From: Fistulifera solaris
Taxonomy: Eukaryota
Assembly: GCA_030295235.1 (NCBI GenBank)
Contig: AP026138.1
Location: 868,001-932,000, forward strand
Reading direction: 5' to 3'
Length of the DNA: 64,000 bases
Shown: piece after piece, positions 36,279 through 48,557 of the stretch
Layout of the letters: each line of letters begins with the position of its first letter
Position numbering within the stretch: the first letter of the stretch is position 1
Program-made: the position numbers and the translations under genes
Notes under the pieces: model-generated
Database searches by the model: none
What the model saw: the letters and a program-made list of their open reading frames with translations, nothing else
Told to the model about the DNA's origin: nothing

Positions 36279-36853
36279 TACAACGCTTCCAATGTCTACG
36301 CTTCTTGTACGTGGCCGCCGTAGGAAATTTATCTCTGCATGGGAACCCGGATATTGAGTATATCGCCATCCCATCATCCAATTTTTGCATGTACAGGGCA
36401 CAGAGGTCAACGTTTCGTTGCGCAGAGTATTGGCTTGGTATCGGAAAGCAATAATGGCCACCGACTTGAAAACAAAACGTTGATGGAACGAATAATGCAT
36501 CGCTTCGAATGTCTACGCGATTTCACGTAGCTCTCGTAGGAAATTTATCGACAGAGGGGGACCCGGATATTGCCTAATTTCGATCAGACCCTTTTTTGCT
36601 TCTTTTGGACACCAATGTCCACAATACTTTTCCGAACATCACTGATATGTGTATTGAAACAATATTCACATTTGATTTTACCTTGAAACATAGAAAAGTA
36701 CAAAGATACAACGCTTCCAATGTCTACGCTTCTTGTACGTGGCCGCCGTAGGAAATTTATCTCTGCATGGGAACCCGGATATTGAGTATATCGCCATCCC
36801 ATCATCCAATTTTTGCATGTACAGTGCACAGAGGTCAACGTTTCCTTGCGCAG
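36279..36853. repeat. ~214-bp-period tandem repeat: two near-identical 147-bp copies flanking a diverged copy
   Basis: 36279-36425 and 36707-36853 differ at 2 positions by eye; diverged copy CGCTTCGAATGTCTACGC...CGTAGGAAATTTATC...ACCCGGATATTG at ~36501-36572. Confidence 0.92.
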
Positions 36854-37062
36854 CGTTAGGAGTTGTTTAATGTAGATGAAACGTCACAACAAGTCTTAGA
36901 GAAAATCTTGATCTAGAGGAAGGCTTCTGCAAAATATTTGTTACATAATGATTATGGCTTCTACGAAACTAGATTCCTAGAGTGAACCATCGTGCGTTCT
37001 CTGCAATATAATGCGGATGATGCAATGATTCGTCGTCGAAGCACAAGTAACTTACTTCGGTA

Positions 37063-38280
37063 TTAAAATGGCAATAGGTCCGCGAAAGCATCTTTCTGCT
37101 TTTGCTGCTTCTGTTGCAAATTGTTGCTCATATTCGAAATAGCAGACGATCCACCGTGATAGCTCATCACTGGAGCATTCGTGGAATGAAACGGCATACC
37201 CATCATCGGAGCGTTTTGATTGTACATTCCGCCCATCGTACCCATCGTTTGACTCGCCATACCATTCATTTGTTGCATCCCGTTCAATTGATTCATTTGC
37301 GTCATTCCGTTGCTCCCGAATGGCATTTGCTGCGGTTGTTGCAGCATCATTCCGTTTGTCATGTTGTTTCCTGGCACTGCCATCATCCCCGAAATGGGAT
37401 ACATTCCCGTCGAATGTGTTTGATTAAAAGTAGAAAAATTATTCTGATTCATGTTGCCGGCATTCATCATCAACGGCATATTGCTGATACCGTTCGCCGA
37501 TGCAGTATTCATTACTGGTTTTTTGTTGGCTGGCTCGGATGCCTGTGCATTTGTTGTGTTGCCGTTTATAAAGGCAAATGACGAAGCATTGTTTCCTGTA
37601 GCTGATACAGACGCAAAGTCGCCAAACATGTCAGACGAACTTGGGGCTGGGTTGCTAACAGGCACACTCGGCGCAACAGGAGCGAAAGGGTCGGTTGCAG
37701 CATGAGCAGCAATCGGAGCAGCTACGCCACTGGAGACTACGGGAGCCGTATCGAAGGAAGCAAAATCCAGAAAATCCGCCGCGGGTTGCGATGCTGCGAG
37801 AGGCGGTGCCGCAAATGACATGGAAGTTGGCTGAGAGGCAGCAGACGTCTTCTGGAAAGCTGGAGCCGGTGTGTAGCTACTCGCACTTTCCGATGCTGTA
37901 GTTGCGATTGGCTGCTCTGAATAATACCTTTTATGTTCGTAAGCATCCACAACAAAGCGTTTGAAGACTTCGATAGAGCTTCCTGTTGTAGGTCTTCCTC
38001 CTTGCCCGACTGGCGGTGCTTTTGCTAACCACGTTGCTTCGCAATAAGCATTGCCTTTTCGCTCCAATTCGTCGACTTCTTCATGCGTCCAGCTACTCAT
38101 TGTAATCGATTTGCAGCGATGACTGACAGCTTGATGAGAAGTCTTACATTCATTGCAAACAAAGGTGTGAAATTTGATGCAAATCGTCCCAAAACCCAAC
38201 TTTTTCGTCTGATGACAATTCGGGCATGTCGTATTCTGCTTTGCCAGTTGGCGTACGCGGTCTTCCGGGGACAAAGGCAT
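37063..38280 (-). CDS. ArfGAP domain protein (AGFG/AGD14-like) with low-complexity M/Q/N tail
   Basis: CPNC...FHTFVCNECKTSH...HRCKSITMSSWTHEEVDELERKGN; DFLDF, DPF, DMFGDF, DAFADL adaptor-type motifs. Confidence 0.88.
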   Translation of the reverse strand: MPLSPEDRVRQLAKQNTTCPNCHQTKKLGFGTICIKFHTFVCNECKTSHQAVSHRCKSITMSSWTHEEVDELERKGNAYCEATWLAKAPPVGQGGRPTTGSSIEVFKRFVVDAYEHKRYYSEQPIATTASESASSYTPAPAFQKTSAASQPTSMSFAAPPLAASQPAADFLDFASFDTAPVVSSGVAAPIAAHAATDPFAPVAPSVPVSNPAPSSSDMFGDFASVSATGNNASSFAFINGNTTNAQASEPANKKPVMNTASANGISNMPLMMNAGNMNQNNFSTFNQTHSTGMYPISGMMAVPGNNMTNGMMLQQPQQMPFGSNGMTQMNQLNGMQQMNGMASQTMGTMGGMYNQNAPMMGMPFHSTNAPVMSYHGGSSAISNMSNNLQQKQQKQKDAFADLLPF

Positions 38281-38744
38281 GTTATTTAGCAACCGCTTAA
38301 AGAGTTGTGATTGTATCTAGAAACAATGCCGACAGTTGCGAGAAGCTTCAAAGTATAATGATGTGGTTTGGTTCAACAAAAAGCGAAGAAAAAAATTATG
38401 GTCATCGTCGTGTCGCGTGTTTTGTGTCTTTTTTATAACCTTACGGGACTGAGGTCCCTTGGAGTCGCGTGCAAAACTCCGTACGTCTCCTAGCGGAGCT
38501 TGTAGCTAAGGCAATTGAAGCGTCGCCTATTTGTGATAATATTCCATCAAATAATGAGCACGTCATCTAACGCCGCATTGATATCTCTAATGCCAAGTAA
38601 TTGTCCGCTGATATAAGCGTAATCGTGATGTTAGTTGAATTTAGAGAATCGACTATATTCTATATTCGATAAGCTTTAACATTCGATTAGATTACTGTTA
38701 CTTAGCTGTAAGTAATCCGAATGTAGTAATGGCAAAATTGCGCC

Positions 38745-39780
38745 TCAAGATGACGTGACGGGTTTGCGAGACTTGTACCCCTTCGAGGACGACGATGACG
38801 CTATGGGCAGTTGTGAACTCGACATTGAATGCCCAGATTCCTTGCTTAAACCTCTCGACTCTCTCGAAGAAGGTGCTTCTTTTGTAGATTTTCGATTGCT
38901 GCTACTCGTTTGCGGTGAACTCTTCGCCGCCTGCTCTCTCGACGATGATTTGCGATCACCTCGAGGTGATTTTCGCGCGTTACTTGGCGTTCGTGGTGAC
39001 TTTGCAGACGGCGGTGGTTTTGGAATGGAGAGGTGTTCCTTCTCTGACTTTTTTCGTATTTGAGTTCGCGCTACAGGTCGAGTGTTGAGATTCTTTGAGA
39101 TAATTCTGTTCTCTGGAAGGCCGTACTTTCTTTCGTCCGCTTTTACTTTCGCGTTTCCTGTGCTCTCTATTTTCTTTATGAATTTTCATTGCAAGCATAA
39201 AATCACCAAGTGCCTTTTTGTGAGCAAACATCCGCAGTTCATGACTCCATTTCTTAGAGACTTTCGCTAGTTTTCTTTCGCGCTCTTTTCGTTCGGATGA
39301 AGATTGAGCATAACTCATTTGCCGTTGCGCTTCCAGCACTTCATCCACACAGGCTTTTTGTAATTTCAAAATGATAGGCGAGAAGTAGGATTCAAAGCCT
39401 CGTGTCGGACTCCGCGTAACGATTTTGCTCATGTGAAGGTTTTCGGGGTCTTCTAATTCGCTGACAATCAAGCCTTCGAGTGCTTCTGTATATTCAGTTT
39501 CGCCGCGATTGCGAATCTCCTCTATAAAAACGGCCGTCTCTTCCTGCATATTTTCCATTTCTTCGTCACCCCAGAAAAGATCATCGTATTTTGCATTATA
39601 AAGCGCCCCCGGATAACTGTATTCCGTGCACAAGGGAGTGTCATTATCATCCATGTCAAAGCGAACGACTCGCCGTCTGTGTCTCCTTTTTCGTTTTGTT
39701 GTTTTAGCCGTTCGATCCTTTTCTTTCGCTGTGACGACTTCTTCGGGAGGTATTGTTTCATCCGGCATGCTGGAAACCAT
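38745..39780 (-). CDS. Hypothetical protein with RVxF-like motif; probable +1 frameshift at 39049-39054
   Basis: RRVVRFD, LFW...E, TRGFE, VLEAQ, LAKVS...S...FA...ALGD; after one base is removed the frame stays open ~100 S/P/K-rich codons to TGA at 38745. Confidence 0.6.
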
Positions 39781-40436
39781 GGTGTGTTGTTTGAATGTCA
39801 ATTGTGCTGTCAAGGAAAGGAGCCGCGGTGCTGCTGTGCGCTGTCAACTTCCTTTCCATCGCGACGAGATGCGCGAGCGCGAGGTGCGAGCTTCGATGGC
39901 ACCGTGATTGGATTTTTAGTTCGTTGTAATTCGGTGACCGGAGACGCCATAATCCATAATTATGAAATCGCTCCCTTCGAACGATGTCTGTTCTCTACTT
40001 AATGACTGGGTGCGACGGATTTACTCTAGATCTTAGATTTACAAAGCTTGAATGAAACTACATAAGCCACATAAGCCCAACAGAAGGCTGTAGTCCACAA
40101 TGTCCGCCGTATTCGTAAAACGTGAAATCAGCAAGTCAACGAAAACGAAAATGTAAAATGTACTTATTGATGCAGTGTTGGCACAATTCAGAATAACAGT
40201 ACTGTAGTACGACAGTAGGTCCATTCATGACTGGCTCTAGTTTATTCAGTCATGGAAACGTTGGAATACACATTAGCCTACAGTGTACGTCCATCGTCCG
40301 CAAGAACAATCGCAAACACCAATCAAACGTTATTGCAAATAATAAGAACAGGCAGAACAAATGAATCGACGATGATAGAAACGAGATAAAGCAAAACGTT
40401 GTTACTTGATATCTTTGTTGAAAGTTACTAAGAAAT

Positions 40437-41450
40437 ATGTCTACTACATCGGATGACGAGTCGACTTTCTCGGCGAACTCTTCTTCCGACGACGACAGCA
40501 GTACACCCAGCACAGAGAACCGCTACAACAGTTACTCGAACGATGATGATGAGGATGAGCAGGAAGTAACAAGAAATCGAAAGCTAAACAAGAGCGAAGA
40601 GAGTGATGATTCGACAAGCGAGAGTGCGAGCGATGAGGACGAGGACGACGATAGTGAGGACGAAGAACAAAAGCGCGAGTCAATGTCGCATCTTCCGTTG
40701 GGACAGCGCATCCAGCTCGAAGAAAGCTTTGGTGTGCGAAAGATGAGACAGAAAGATGCAAAAGACACGATTACTAGTTCTAAAAAAGTCAAAAAGAAGA
40801 GCTCAAGTAAAGAGAGTAGCGCGGGTACAACTAAAACGAAGAAGAAATCGAAACACGCGCCTACTGAAGCTTCCTCGAAACGCTCCGATTTCTTTGCTAC
40901 GCTTCGACAAACACAAATTGGAGGAGTCGGTACCGGTATTGATTTAGGAGCACATCGGTACCAACCAAAAGATCCTCGAATTAGCAATTTGCACGGTCAC
41001 CTACAAGAAGATCATTTCCAACAGAATTTTGCATTCGTGCAGGACTTGCGGAAGAATGAAATAAAGACGTTACAACGCAACATTCATGCTTGGAAAACAC
41101 CGGGGAAGAAGGGCCAGCAGTTGCGGCGGAAACTGGGTTTGACCGGGGGTACCAGCAGCTTGCAACAAGACCAAGAGCGATTGAAGCAATTGCGGCATGA
41201 AATGGCGGAATGGGAACGACAAGAGATTGAACGAGTTGCTCATCGCTCGGTGAAACAGAAGTTGCAAGATCAAGCGGCCACGACGGGTAAATTTTACTTC
41301 CCCAAACGAAGAGATCTACGAAGAATGCAAGATGACGCCAAAATGGAAGAATTGCGGAAACGTAAAGGAGAAGGTGCTGTGGAAAAGGTTCTAGCCAAGC
41401 GTCGAAAGAAGAACAAGTCAAAAGATGCTAGTCTAATGGGAGCAAAGTAA
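40437..41450 (+). CDS. RRP36: rRNA biogenesis protein RRP36
   Basis: KHAPTEASSKR, DPR, FQQNFAFVQDLRKNE, GKFYFPKRR, KVLAKRRKKNKSKD. Confidence 0.85.
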   Translation: MSTTSDDESTFSANSSSDDDSSTPSTENRYNSYSNDDDEDEQEVTRNRKLNKSEESDDSTSESASDEDEDDDSEDEEQKRESMSHLPLGQRIQLEESFGVRKMRQKDAKDTITSSKKVKKKSSSKESSAGTTKTKKKSKHAPTEASSKRSDFFATLRQTQIGGVGTGIDLGAHRYQPKDPRISNLHGHLQEDHFQQNFAFVQDLRKNEIKTLQRNIHAWKTPGKKGQQLRRKLGLTGGTSSLQQDQERLKQLRHEMAEWERQEIERVAHRSVKQKLQDQAATTGKFYFPKRRDLRRMQDDAKMEELRKRKGEGAVEKVLAKRRKKNKSKDASLMGAK

Positions 41451-42538
41451 CCGGTCTTTCGTGTCTAGGAAATGACCTCATACTGTGACCAGTTTTTTTG
41501 CATTCGCTATTGCGTGTAAGCGGTTTCAAGGTGAAGACTCGTTTCGGTGACACTTCCCGATTGGTCTCGTTGATAACACTCACCTTGTTCGCCTACACGG
41601 ACCGATGAGTTCTTATCCGACTTTCTACCTGCCAAGCGCTTGATGGAGCGGATAGTAGCAGCCGCACGGCATTGGCTACCATAACATTTTCATTTTTGGT
41701 TTTGTGTTGGATTGCCCCAGTTGGCCCATGCAGAACAAACTACGAAGAATGAATATTGCCTCAGCTGATTGCGATTATCGATGGCTGCATACATCTATGC
41801 AAGCGCTTCTCAAGAAAATGCAAACTGGACGAACCTTCACCATCTATAGTACATACAAGACCTACTTCCCCGAAATTTTGCATTTGATTGATCTTTGTAT
41901 TGGTTTGGCAAATAAGGCGCTGGGTCCACGAGAAATCAGATCTAATAGTTCGCCTTGGCGGACAAAATCGCTTTTCTCTCCGATGACTGCCCCATTGCTC
42001 TTGGTGGTGCTGTGGACAACCTGGCTGAACTATGTTTTTCATTTGCGCGTAGTCAATGTCCGAACAAGGATGCAGTGGTGACGTTGCAAGTGAATAAAGC
42101 GCTGCTGATGAATTGGTACATACGTCGAATCCAATTTTCTCTATCGTTGACAAGCATGATCAATCGAATCAACCAAACGATCGATGATATTGTTCCTGAA
42201 AGTTCTTGGCAATTTTGGCCCCATGTTATTAACAATTGCCTGGTGCTGTGGAGCGGTTTGCCGTTCCTTAGATAAAGTCGCATCACGATGTTGCTGTTTA
42301 AATTTGTTAGCCCCAAGAAGGATGAATGAATTGCAGCATCATTTCATTAGTGGCAGCAACGCGTTGCAAGCCTTTGTTTAGTTGCCGGTAAGGAACTTAG
42401 GTAGGACTTGCCTGGATAGATACTACATTTACACACTCCTAGATTATTTTATTTCCGTTTCATTACATATTACGACAGCTATACCCGCACGCGACAATTA
42501 TCGTTATTAGTATTACGGAGTACTTGCTAAACCGAGCT

Positions 42539-44244
42539 TTAAGCATATTGGACGCGCATGATGTTCGTGGTACCCTTGGTGCGCAAAGCACCCGTCACAA
42601 CGACGACCGCATCACCGGCATCGAGTTTGCCTGCCGCCTTTAACTCATCAATCATGATTTGAATTTCACCGTCGAGGTCATCAAAGCTGACTACCTTAGC
42701 ATCGACACCACGGAGAATACCACAGCACTGGCGGGCCACTTGAGCCTTGTCAGTCAACACGTGAATCGGACGTCCGGGACGGAATTTAGCCACCTGAGTT
42801 GCTGTAGTTCCGCTTTCACTGCAAACAATGATAGCTTTCGCGCCACAATCGATGGTAGTTTTCACGGCAGAGCTGGCAATGGATTCAGAAGTGCTCAACT
42901 TTCCGTACTGAGCCAGGGTACTGTTACGGACAGCCTGATAAAGCATGTCGGTGTTTTGAGCACCTTCGGCTTCGGTCGTGGTTTCCGCCATGATCTGGAC
43001 AGCTGCTTGCGGGTGTTCACCGTTGGCTGTTTCTCCCGACAACATGACAGCGTCAGTACCATCCAAAACGGCGTTGGCTACATCGGAGCACTCCGCACGA
43101 GTGGGACGGGGATTGACAATCATCGACTCCAACATTTGCGTGGCGGTAACGACAGGTTTTCCGGCGATGTTCGCTTTGCGGATCATCATCTTTTGGGCTA
43201 TTTATTGGAGTAAAAAGGTAAATACACAGTCATGTGAGCATCAGCTGGTTTCAGAACAATGATCTACAATTAACGCAATCAAACACTCACCCAAAAAGAC
43301 CTTTTCAGGAGGAATCTCCATACCCAAATCACCACGAGCAACCATGATAGCATCGGTAGCTTCTAAGATAGCATCGTAGTTCTCCATACCCTCCTGGTTT
43401 TCAATTTTGCTGATAATCTTGATGCCGCTGTTCTCTTCCAAAACCTGACGAATTTTGTGAACGTCACTTGCTTTGCGCACAAACGATGCGGCAATGAAGT
43501 CAACACCGTGTTTGAGACCAAAGTTCTGCAAATCATCAATATCCTTTTCCGTCAAAGTGGGCAAATCGACGACAACTCCCGGAAGGTTCATGTTCTTGCG
43601 TTCTCCAATGGACGCATCATTTTCGATACGACAGGTGACTTCTCCGGCGGCCGGGTTGGTTGCAGTGACGGTCAAGACCAAACTGCCATCAGCAACGAGG
43701 ATTTGCTGACCGACGGTGACACTCGTAGCCAATGAAGCATAACTGCATGCCATCTTGGTAGCATCACCCTTGAAGGAGTAATCCGATGTGAGGACGATGG
43801 AGTTACCCTTCTTCAGAGAAATTTTGCTACCCTCGGCAAAGAAACCACTACGGATTTCAGGGCCTTTTGTGTCAAGCATGACAGCTATAGAGTCGAGAAG
43901 AGAGAAGGATTGGTTAAGCGTCTCTCAGCGCACACGCATTCACAGCCAATCACTTCTTTCAACTTACCAACATGCTTCCCTTTCTTTGCCGCTGCCGCTC
44001 TCAAACGTTCTAACGTCGCCGCGTGCGTTTCATGATCTCCATGACTAAAGTTGAAACGTGCAACACTTAATCCTGTATCAATCAAGGTCTCGAGCATCTC
44101 TGGCGACCAACAAGCAGGTCCGAGAGTGCACACAATCTTCGTTTGACGAGTACTCACATCCGTCGGAGCAATAATTTTAGCCAAGTTGATGTTGCCGCCG
44201 CGCAATTCGGGGCCAGATGATTCAATCTTGGGTGTCATAGTCAT
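42539..44244 (-). CDS. PK: Pyruvate kinase, no targeting presequence; introns 43885-43967 and 43198-43290
   Basis: [69 protein letters not shown]; both GT-AG introns restore frame. Confidence 0.97.
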
Positions 44245-45536
44245 AGAGCTGATGATCTTAAAGGAAAACGATACGTTTATTGCAATCAAAGAAGAGATTC
44301 GTTCAGTCGAAACGTAACGAGAAATAATTTGTTTGTGACGATGGCGATGATGTGTGTGCGCGCGTATGCGAGAAAAAAGACGAAAAAGTAGTGGTGCACC
44401 CGACAGATGACAGACGCCTACGTCGCTCCTTTTTGTACGTAGTGAAATAGTATGACGTATTGTGTAGCACACTTTTTTCATGCGACCGCTTCTTCGTCCG
44501 TACCTGGTACGTCATTCTCGTCTATACTAGTACAACATAGCCAGGTTCGTGATTCGTAACTCATGACACCAGCTAACACTCATTTTTCTAAAATGAAAAA
44601 GATGCACATATTTGCAAGTGAATTTACATTTCTTTACGAAAATTTGGTAAGCCCCATACGAAGTAATATGCCCTATCATCAAAAGTAATGACGATCGTAA
44701 TGGAATTCTGGATAAACAAAAAGAAATTACCAGATAAGGTAATGTAAGCCACGGCTAGCTAGACGATAATGTACGCTTTCCGCTTCTTGTCCTGCTCATC
44801 ACTAAACACTAATCTTCAAGTTTCACTTTTCCATTCTTTTCCCTCCCATCTTCATCTTGTCTCCAAAGCTTGCTATTAACTCTAGTGCCTACCAAACTGA
44901 GCTTGTCATTTTACGCACCTTCTAAACCTCCAAACTGCTTTCGGAATTAATTCAGGGGCTCTCTAGACGCCCAAGGTTCTAGCTGACTATCCTTTCACTC
45001 AAAGTTTTCATGCTTCAATTTCAAACAAAAGAGACTCCACACTCACAACTCCTCGCTCCTCATTCCTCCAAACACCGATGTCTAGAGAGCTAATCTTTGC
45101 AATGAAGTACTGTTGTCGAAACCGACGGAGAAAGGAAAATGGAAAAGCATGGGAAATGGGAAAGACGAAAGACTAGAAACCGTAAACCGTACCAGTAACA
45201 CGTGCATAATCGATAAAACGTAGTACGCCGAATGTCGAGAGAGTGTCGTCTTTACAGTTGTCCTGAGAGTCACGTGTCACGTGCAACGTTTAGAACCCAT
45301 CTGAAATCTGAAAACGGCTTTATGTATTGGGGAATAGCGAAATGTCGCGAGACGTGGTAGGAACATAATCGATTTTATTCACTTTTTCTTCTCTTCAATA
45401 TCAATAGTCAGGCCTACTGTTGCTTACAGTTTGCTGCTTCTTTGGCGCATAAATTATGACCCGTATACAACTCGTTTCTGTAGAAGCGTCGAAGTAGGAA
45501 CAAACCAACGAAATTCAACATGCAACCCAGTGACCA

Positions 45537-45616
45537 GGAAGGACGTTAAAATTCTGCCTCTCAGTACAAGTTTCTACGTAGAGCCTACGGCGAGGCAGAA
45601 TTTTAACGTCGCTTCC
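45537..45616 (+). repeat. ~80-bp dispersed hairpin element, copy 2
   Basis: Arms GACGTTAAAATTCTGCCTC / GAGGCAGAATTTTAACGTC (19-bp perfect stem); homologous to 32432-32510 in opposite orientation. Confidence 0.85.
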
Positions 45617-45953
45617 AGTGAAGTACTTATTAGATCAAACATGCTATGCTTCAATGGCCTCTGAGCATTTCTAAGCCAACGACCGACGAACAATGAAGAT
45701 GCGTAACAAACCAAAACAATCCCAGACGACAAAACAAGCATTTCGCATAAAAAGCATCTTAACAGAAAAGCAATATCCAACAATCTCGCTTACAACACAA
45801 GAAGCTGGTGGTGTCAAGAAATCGACCTGCAACAGTCGCTCAACTTCCAAAAAATCATTTTGAATCTAGTGCCCTTCCCTACGGCACAAGCATCCGAACT
45901 GTTGTCGCCAACATCTCTCCGCCGTAACTAAAACAATTTGAATCGCGAAGTAG

Positions 45954-46955
45954 ATGTTTCAAGGAAAACAGGATCGCAAGAAAGGAGATAGGGGTGAACT
46001 AGAGCGTCCTGCAAAACGAAGAAAAACGGATACGAAAGCTTCCACGAAGAACACCCCAGACATCTACACAGGCCGTGTAGCTGCCATTGAAGACCCCAAG
46101 AAACATTCAGCTTCTTTTTTGCAGGATACAAGCGAATCAAGCTCGAAAACCCGGTCAAAGAGGAGCGAATTGTTGAGTCGACTCGAGATCACCGACCCAG
46201 CATTAGCACTGCAAGACAAACTGACCACTGAAGAAGGTCAACTGGAAGAAAATCCCAATTTCACCCGTGAGCAGGCACGACAGGCCGCCAAACGCGAGTA
46301 TAACCGCCGTAATGCTGCAAGAGGTCGCATTCGCCGCAAATGCCTCTTGAGTGAGCTAGAGGACAAATGTGACATGATGGAAAATGAAATGGAGGCTCTC
46401 AAAATTGAAAACGCGGCCTTGAAGGCAGAAATTGAGGATATGAAGCACGTTGCTGCCACTGAGAACCGGGAAGAAAGTGTCGGTCGATCAATCCAAAGTG
46501 CACCCCACTCGCAGCAAGCAATAGGACAGGCACCCCAACGTACAGATCTTGATGGAAGTGAGTCACTGCAAGACAGCAATGTGATTCTATCTCAGCATGA
46601 CCCGCGGCTTTATTTCCAGCACAGCGGAACTGATGTGAATGCCAGGCTGATGAATAATAGCGCTATTCTATCGCATCGAGAGCAAGGCCTCTACTTGCCG
46701 CATGTGAGCGACACTGCGCTCTTGTTTCAGCAACAACGTGCGCTTGTACCGCAATCGAGAATGGGTGGTATAATTCATCATAATCAACCGATTCCTTCTC
46801 ACGCAGGTCTTCCAGGTGGTCAAGATTTGTTGCAAACGCTTATGCTTGCCAGAGTTCGAGCAGCCCTTAATTCAAGCACCGATCCCTCGCAATTGTCGGG
46901 TGTCAATCATCAAGGATCTTTGCGAGGCTACCCGCCTAACTTTTTGCCGAAGTGA
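45954..46955 (+). CDS. bZIP transcription factor
   Basis: AKREYNRRNAARGRIRRK basic region followed by heptad zipper LSELEDKCDMMENEMEALKIENAALKAEI. Confidence 0.88.
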   Translation: MFQGKQDRKKGDRGELERPAKRRKTDTKASTKNTPDIYTGRVAAIEDPKKHSASFLQDTSESSSKTRSKRSELLSRLEITDPALALQDKLTTEEGQLEENPNFTREQARQAAKREYNRRNAARGRIRRKCLLSELEDKCDMMENEMEALKIENAALKAEIEDMKHVAATENREESVGRSIQSAPHSQQAIGQAPQRTDLDGSESLQDSNVILSQHDPRLYFQHSGTDVNARLMNNSAILSHREQGLYLPHVSDTALLFQQQRALVPQSRMGGIIHHNQPIPSHAGLPGGQDLLQTLMLARVRAALNSSTDPSQLSGVNHQGSLRGYPPNFLPK

Positions 46956-48557
46956 GTGGCGTGGTTATGATTAGATTCTTTATCAGCATTATTTAATCAT
47001 TCATTACCCATTCGATAATCGTGTTTGTTGCTGCCTTTCGAATGTTGATGCACTTGGTCGATGCTGGGCTAACTAAATACGTACAAAGAGAAGCAAACTT
47101 GTGTCGTAAAGGGACAGGGTTCTTCACCATTTCGAAATACCTCTCACAATATTTTTTTACAATTATAAATCGTACTGCCCGTGTACCGCAACGACTACTG
47201 TACGTAAGAAAACACACCCATTTCCCAAGCAATTTCCATGAGAATTACCGGCACGGTTCAGTCTAATCTATAAATAATGGCAAGCTAAATCATGTATTTC
47301 TCGTCAACAGGGTACAAATTTTCTCGTTTACAAAGTACAACACAAGACGATTCTACGTGATTTAAGCTGCTGATTCTCAATGCTATGCTCCTCTCGTCAT
47401 TTCCGCGTGAGACACATGTGAGCAGTTTAGTTATTAGCATAAACCTACAAGGTGTGTCGCAAAAGGCGCCAATCTCCATCGATTATCGCTCGTCACCCAT
47501 TTGACAACAAACAATATTCAGCATTAGTTCATACGAATTACTCCGCTGGAACTCGAGAGAGCTTTGTTCACACGGAGTATTTCTGTCCTCTAGATAATGC
47601 CTCTAGTCTAGTGGTACCTACTAAACCCTAGTTCCCTAGTTCCCTATGCCCTAAGTCCCTCAAGATTAAAAATGAGTAGCACAAGCACGAAGCATGCATC
47701 TATTAACTTTAGAATCTAACCTAAATGGCATTTTTAGATCCATGCACGAAGCACGATAAGCACGATGCATGATGCACGACGCACTACGCCGCACGCCGCA
47801 ACAAAGCACAACGCACATCATCACGACATCTAGAGTTACGTACTAAATTGTGTAGATGATGATGATAAGCTATCATTATCATTCACTAATCATCAATCAT
47901 CACTCATCACTCATCACCAATCATAGGGATTTAACATTTAACTACAAGACAGTGGAACTATACCCCACAAGTCTGCAATAAGTATGCAGATAGCAGATAG
48001 CAGATATGCTAAACATAAAGTAGTACAAAAACAGGAAGCCAAGTTCGCGGTTCGCGGCTCGCGGCTCTGCTCTCCACGTATATCGGCGATGCCGAGTGCC
48101 GATTTGAAAGTTAGATGCTCTGATTTCTGATGTTTGAGTAAACTTTAGTTGTCGGATACTGTAAATATTCGAATGAGCCACAGTTAAATGTCAGAAAAGC
48201 GAACTGTGCAACGTATTATGTCCTCTGATGTGGCCACTTTTGAAGGTTCTCATTTTGCAATCTGTCTGGGGCCATTAAGTATTCTTCAATCAAGTGTGAT
48301 CCCCTGAAGTACTATGTACTGCTGTGAGAGGCGAACCGCGATCGTGACCACCGTGTCGCCGCTCAAAGTTCGCCGCAGAATAAGACGCCTGTTTTCGAAA
48401 CGCGCCGCCGGACGGTGAAGTCGGGCGGATAACGCCGACAAGGAGGATTCGGTCCTTTCTTCATCAATTCATCGATGAAACACGAAGAAGAAACAATTTC
48501 AAAGCTTTTATAAAATTCTGTTACATTCAATTTTATTTGTAACGCCACTGCTCTAGG

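Noticed and set aside
36279..36853. TRIM or LTR pair
   Set aside because: No TG...CA termini, TSD or PBS, and the interior holds a third diverged copy
41560..42380. Short overlapping plus-strand ORFs that might be a broken gene
   Set aside because: No recognisable domain and no consistent splice or frameshift model
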